Shown here: one piece after another, positions 28,278 to 32,000 of the stretch | Position numbering within the stretch: position 1 is the first letter of the stretch | How the letters are laid out: the number at the start of each line of letters is the position of its first letter | Source of the DNA: Desulfocapsa sulfexigens DSM 10523 | GTDB taxonomy: Bacteria; Desulfobacterota; Desulfobulbia; Desulfobulbales; Desulfocapsaceae | Assembly: GCF_000341395.1 (NCBI RefSeq) | Contig: NC_020304.1 | Location: forward strand, 1,290,001 to 1,322,000 | Reading direction: 5' to 3' | Length of the DNA stretch: 32,000 nt | Notes under the pieces: model-generated | The model's database searches: none | Told to the model about the DNA's origin: nothing | What the model saw: only the letters and a program-made list of their open reading frames with translations | Program-made: the position numbers and the translations under genes

Positions 28278-29294
28278 TTATGTCATATTACCAGTTTCGC
28301 CATCACTTTTTCGTATCCGCTTGAGTTGATCTTCAAGGTCGGCAATTTCCGTATGCCAGTATTCAGAAGAACCAAATTCTGGAAAAATAGGCGTTGCCCC
28401 ATCAGCAATAAATTGGTGGGTCAGCCAGGCGATATAGTGGAGAAAACGCATGGCACGAAGAGGCTCAACCAGACGCAGAGTACGTCTGTCAAAATGATGA
28501 AAGGTTTCATACCCTTCGAGGAAGAGATCGATTTCAAAAAGTGATTCCCGTGGGGTGCCAGGCAGCAGCATCCAGAGATCCTGAATAGCAGGTCCCATGA
28601 CCATATCATCAAAATCGATAAGAAAAAATGATTCTCCCGGGCGGTAGATGATGTTGGAAAAATGGCAATCCCCATGGATTCTTGCAAGTGCTACACCCTC
28701 AAACATCGGTTTTATCTCAGAGAGGATTTCGGTGCAAATTGCCGCAAATCTGGATGCCACTGGAGCCTGTTTGATGACGCCACTTTTCAGGATAAAGGCA
28801 ATCTGGTCCGTGGTCGATTGGCCTGGAAGCATAGTAATTCTATTATTTGCCGGATGAATAGCACCCACGGCATGACTGCGTCCTATGAGGCGACCTATTT
28901 CCAACCATTGATCTTCATTGAATTCATCATAACTGCGTCCGCCGCAGCGAGGAAAGACACTGAAGTAGAGATTTTCCTGGTGTACTCCCAGGGTTTCGCC
29001 ATTGCTCTGAATCAGCGGAGGAATTACAGGGATTTCCTGCTTATGGAGCTCAAGAAGAAAATCGTGTTCATCCTGAATAGCAGTCTTTGACCAGCGCCCG
29101 GGTCTGTAGAATTTTATTACCAGTCCTTTACCATCTACAGCTTGAAGTTCAAAAACACGGTTTATGTAGCTGTTGAGTTGCCTGCAGATATTGCTACAGC
29201 GGATATCAAGAGCACTTTCCACAAGGTTAAGTACCGTATCCGGGCCAAGTTCCGGGAATGAGTCAGGATGGGGGATGCTGTTAAGGGAAGGCAT
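28278..29294 (-). CDS. srkA: Serine/threonine protein kinase SrkA/RdoA (YihE family, aminoglycoside-phosphotransferase fold)
   Basis: 338 aa. RIHGDCHFSNIIYRPGESFFLIDFDDMVMGPAIQDLWMLLPG matches the YihE catalytic/activation segment (HGDCH.GN....G....D.DD...GPA.QDLWML). Confidence 0.85.
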   Translation of the reverse strand: MPSLNSIPHPDSFPELGPDTVLNLVESALDIRCSNICRQLNSYINRVFELQAVDGKGLVIKFYRPGRWSKTAIQDEHDFLLELHKQEIPVIPPLIQSNGETLGVHQENLYFSVFPRCGGRSYDEFNEDQWLEIGRLIGRSHAVGAIHPANNRITMLPGQSTTDQIAFILKSGVIKQAPVASRFAAICTEILSEIKPMFEGVALARIHGDCHFSNIIYRPGESFFLIDFDDMVMGPAIQDLWMLLPGTPRESLFEIDLFLEGYETFHHFDRRTLRLVEPLRAMRFLHYIAWLTHQFIADGATPIFPEFGSSEYWHTEIADLEDQLKRIRKSDGETGNMT

Positions 29295-29769
29295 AGTTTG
29301 TTGTTTCCATAAAACTATTTTGATCAGGACCTTGTATCAGTCTAGTCTTTATTTATCAGTAGGAACACTGCATTTTAGTGGTTGAATTATGTAGAGAATA
29401 CCATACATCCGGCAGCAGGTCTTGATTTCATTCTGTCTTGAGAGCAAAATGATTAAAGGCCGTCGTAAGCAGGCTGGAACCATGTGAAAAGGGATTTTGA
29501 GATGGTTATCCTTGAAAAGTATAGTGTAGAAATGAAACCGGCTATACCTTGGATTCAGAAACAGTTGTTCCCTCTGTACCTTTAAAGTAAAGTTATAGAA
29601 AGAGGATACTCTGCCGTTTCTGATGAAACGATTTTCAATACTATGGTGAAGAAACTATGAAGGATGCCGATATGGTTGCCTGGGAGTCTGACCTTTCCCG
29701 TCTCGATAATGCTCGGAAGGAGCTACGAGATGCTGTTGTTCCAGAGCTTCCGCAAAGCGATGAACCACT

Positions 29770-31113
29770 TTGTATAAATCCCACGTTGACTGTTCTGGCG
29801 ATGGATTGGAAGCATCTCTGCGAAGTCCTATACGACAAAAAAAGGCCCCTGTTCCGGAACGGGGGAAGGAGTATATTCTTCTCTATAAACGACCGGGTGA
29901 TGGTGCGATACACGTGGCTCCTGCAACGGATATGCAGCTTCTTGCTTTGAAAATGCTTATCGAGAACCTTGACCGTCACACAGTGGCTAAAGAAGCGGAT
30001 GTTGATATAGGAAAGATTGATGCCGCTATAGAAGAGGCCTGTAAACAGGGAGTTCTGTTGTCCTCTCCGTCTAAACTTGTGCGACCGGGAACTCATTATC
30101 CGGACGCGGGGGCGGATGGTTGGCAGCGCCACCTCCAGTCTGATTATTTCACCCTCCAGTGGCATGTAACTCAGGCCTGTGACCTTCATTGTAAACACTG
30201 TTATGACCGCTCAACCATTTCCCCGTTGACGCTGGATCAGGGAATAACGATTCTTGATCAGTTCCGGGACTTTGTTCTTGAACAGAAGGTGCATGGTCAG
30301 GTGACTTTTACCGGCGGTAATCCTCTTCTTTATGCTCATTTTCAAGAACTGTACCGAGAGGCGGCAAAACGCAATTTTACTATTGCAATTCTTGGCAACC
30401 CTACGACCAGGGAAGTTATTGAATCTTTGCAGAACATTCAGCCTCTCTCCTTTTATCAGGTGAGTCTCGAGGGATTGCCAGAGCACAACGATTCCATAAG
30501 AGGGACGGGGCATTTCGAACGAATTATGGAGTTTTTGAAGATTCTGGATGATCTCTCCATCTATTCCATGGTGATGTTGACCTTAACCCGTGAAAATATG
30601 GGTCAGGTACTGGAGCTTGCTGAAATTCTTCGTGGGAAGGTTAACCTCTTCACATTTAACCGTCTTTCCCAGACCGGAGAAGGTGCTGCACTTGCCACTG
30701 CGGATAAGGAAGAGTATCGGAAGTTCCTGGAGGAGTATCTAGAGGCAGCAAAATCGAATCCGACGATGGCCCTGAAGGATAATCTGATTAATATTATCAG
30801 ATCCGATCATAAGGAGAAACCATTTGGAGGCTGCACTGGTTTTGGCTGCGGTGCTGCTTTCAATTTCTGTTCTCTTTTACCGAACGGAGACATGCATGCA
30901 TGCCGTAAGTTTCAGTCCCCCATCGGGAATGTCCTGGAATCATCATTACTCGAGTTGTATCGATCAAAAGTGGCAGAGCAATACCGGACAGGGCCTTCGG
31001 AATGTAGAGGCTGCAAGATTCGTCCTGTTTGCGGTGGTTGTCAGGCTGTTATCCAGTCGAGTGGTCTGGATGTAAGGTTAAATAGAGACCCTTACTGTTT
31101 CGTAGATGATTGA
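29770..31113 (+). CDS. Radical SAM/SPASM domain peptide-maturase-type protein with RRE-like N-terminal region (possibly SbtM / thio(seleno)oxazole maturase family); 5' end uncertain
   Basis: CxxxCxxC cluster ACDLHCKHCY, TFTGGNPLL, and C-terminal SPASM Cys clusters (GCTGFGCGAAFNFC...MHACRKF...CRGCKIRPVCGGC). The N-terminal segment EYILLYKRPGDGAIHVAPATDMQLLALKMLIENLDRHTVAKEADVDIGKIDAAIEEACKQGVLL looks like a PqqD-type RiPP recognition element. The TTG start at 29770 is only the first start codon in this frame. A strongly coding-looking ORF in another frame (ATG 29657) runs into it, which suggests the real 5' end may be 29657 with a frame change at the A7 run 29837-29843. Confidence 0.8.
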   Translation: MYKSHVDCSGDGLEASLRSPIRQKKAPVPERGKEYILLYKRPGDGAIHVAPATDMQLLALKMLIENLDRHTVAKEADVDIGKIDAAIEEACKQGVLLSSPSKLVRPGTHYPDAGADGWQRHLQSDYFTLQWHVTQACDLHCKHCYDRSTISPLTLDQGITILDQFRDFVLEQKVHGQVTFTGGNPLLYAHFQELYREAAKRNFTIAILGNPTTREVIESLQNIQPLSFYQVSLEGLPEHNDSIRGTGHFERIMEFLKILDDLSIYSMVMLTLTRENMGQVLELAEILRGKVNLFTFNRLSQTGEGAALATADKEEYRKFLEEYLEAAKSNPTMALKDNLINIIRSDHKEKPFGGCTGFGCGAAFNFCSLLPNGDMHACRKFQSPIGNVLESSLLELYRSKVAEQYRTGPSECRGCKIRPVCGGCQAVIQSSGLDVRLNRDPYCFVDD

Positions 31114-31910
31114 GCGCGTACCAGTATTAATTCCGCCACAATGGATACCGCTACTTCAGCGGGTGTTCTGGAAGATATGGGGATACCGATGGGGGCGTAA
31201 ATACGGTCTGTAGCAGTCTGCCACAGGTTCTTTTTTGTAAGGATTTCTTTAAAGGAGGCGATCTTCTTCTTACTTCCCATCACCCCAATATAGAGCGCTG
31301 GAGATTGAGTAGCCTGTTCAAGAACGGCTAGATCGCCTGCATGGTCTGGTCCTGCGATGATTATAAAGTCTTTGGGGGTTGTTATCTTTCTGGCCAGAAA
31401 CTGAGTGCCCTGTTGAAGGGAAAGGCTGCAGTTCTCAGGAAAGAACTCTGGCTGCATAAGTTCCCGACGTGGATCAACAATGCTTATCCCAAAACCATTT
31501 CTATCAGCCACCCAGGCAACTTCTCTTGCCACGTGACCCGCTCCCATAAGAAACAACCTGCAGGCATCATTCCGGGTGAGTTCTTTTTTCCAGAATGCAG
31601 CTGCATCGGCTTTGCCAAAATCAATCTTCTCCAACCGGATTTGCAGTGTTCCGCCACATGACGGGAGCGTTCCTGGAAGAATGGATTTTATTTCAATACG
31701 TTGTTCGTCTGTTGTGAGAGTTGCACAGGCATCAAGAATCTGCTGTTCATTACTGCCACCACCTATGGTGCCGGTAATAAGTTGTCCCGCAGCCCAGAGG
31801 AGTCTGTCGCCAGGTCTTGCGGGCCCACGGCCATCCGATGCAATAACGGTGGCAAGTACAGTACGGGTTTTATTTTTACAGAGGCTGTTGAAGACATTTT
31901 CATCAATCAT
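31092..31910 (-). CDS. XdhC/CoxI family accessory protein (molybdenum-cofactor enzyme maturation)
   Basis: 272 aa. The N-terminal XdhC_CoxI-like segment (ATVIASDGRGPARPGDRLL....G.I.GTIGGG) is followed by a Rossmann-like XdhC_C segment (LFLMGAGHVAREVA..A...GF.I.IVDPR, YIGVMGSKKK, YAPIGIPI...TPAEVAVSIVAELI). It overlaps the convergent radical SAM gene by 22 nt. Confidence 0.82.
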   Translation of the reverse strand: MIDENVFNSLCKNKTRTVLATVIASDGRGPARPGDRLLWAAGQLITGTIGGGSNEQQILDACATLTTDEQRIEIKSILPGTLPSCGGTLQIRLEKIDFGKADAAAFWKKELTRNDACRLFLMGAGHVAREVAWVADRNGFGISIVDPRRELMQPEFFPENCSLSLQQGTQFLARKITTPKDFIIIAGPDHAGDLAVLEQATQSPALYIGVMGSKKKIASFKEILTKKNLWQTATDRIYAPIGIPISSRTPAEVAVSIVAELILVRAQSSTKQ

Positions 31911-32000
31911 GATGAAAATGTCTTAATAGATATCGTCAAATATGTCAATAATCTCAGATATTAGTGGTAGGCGGGGGTTTGTTGTGGTGGAATGGTCGGT

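Noticed and set aside
29350-29483. 44-aa Cys-containing minus-strand ORF (MVPACLRRPL...KTCCRMYG...) as a possible precursor
   Set aside because: It has no Shine-Dalgarno sequence, its composition is not coding-like, and it points away from the maturase gene. It is most likely a chance ORF.
29623-29770. TGA-read-through (selenocysteine) precursor ORFs overlapping the 29657 ORF
   Set aside because: Examples are MKRFSILW-U-RNYEGCRYGCLGV-U-PFPSR and MVKKL-U-RMPIWLPG.... They lie out of frame with a region whose coding signal is clearly in the 29657 frame. They need one or two read-throughs and have no recognisable SECIS-type hairpin.
1-32000. CRISPR arrays, tRNA/rRNA genes, transposases, integrases, phage or defence-system genes
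   Set aside because: I saw no direct-repeat/spacer periodicity, no cloverleaf-like sequences in the intergenic regions, and no ORFs with recombinase, nuclease or defence motifs. The window looks like core chromosome.

Overview
This 32 kb window looks like ordinary chromosomal DNA from a sulfate-reducer-like Desulfobacterota (Desulfobulbales-like) organism. The taxon is a guess from gene content and roughly 47% GC. I could find no rRNA, tRNA, CRISPR array, transposase or integrase. In order, the window holds: the 3' part of a large uncharacterised enzyme gene running in from the left edge; a DUF1456/YehS-like gene; aspS and hisS (minus strand); pcnB; a chemoreceptor with a C-terminal hemerythrin domain (DcrH-like); and a co-directional ~10 kb [NiFe]-hydrogenase island. 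The island carries a Tat-exported small subunit, large subunit, cytochrome b, hypF, hypC, hypD, hypE, endopeptidase, hypA and hypB. After it come a small secreted CxxCH protein, hemC, an EEP-family phosphoesterase and a minus-strand block. That block is a CusRS-like two-component pair, pgeF/yfiH, a porin-like outer-membrane protein, a GNAT, a DUF1566-SHOCT lipoprotein and srkA/rdoA. The right end holds a radical SAM/SPASM maturase-type gene converging on an xdhC-family gene. The radical SAM locus (about 29.3-31.1 kb) is the most interesting part. The enzyme has an RRE-like N-terminal region, which is the hallmark of a RiPP maturase and may be SbtM / thio(seleno)oxazole-like. No precursor gene is called in the 360 bp leader. 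The coding signal also switches frame at an A7 run followed by a hairpin, which means a homopolymer sequencing error, a pseudogene or recoding. Other items worth a second look are a 27-nt-arm near-perfect inverted repeat between hypD and hypE, the unknown enzyme at the left edge, and the CxxCH protein appended to the hyp cluster. Function calls come from motif recognition by eye, and no database search was possible.
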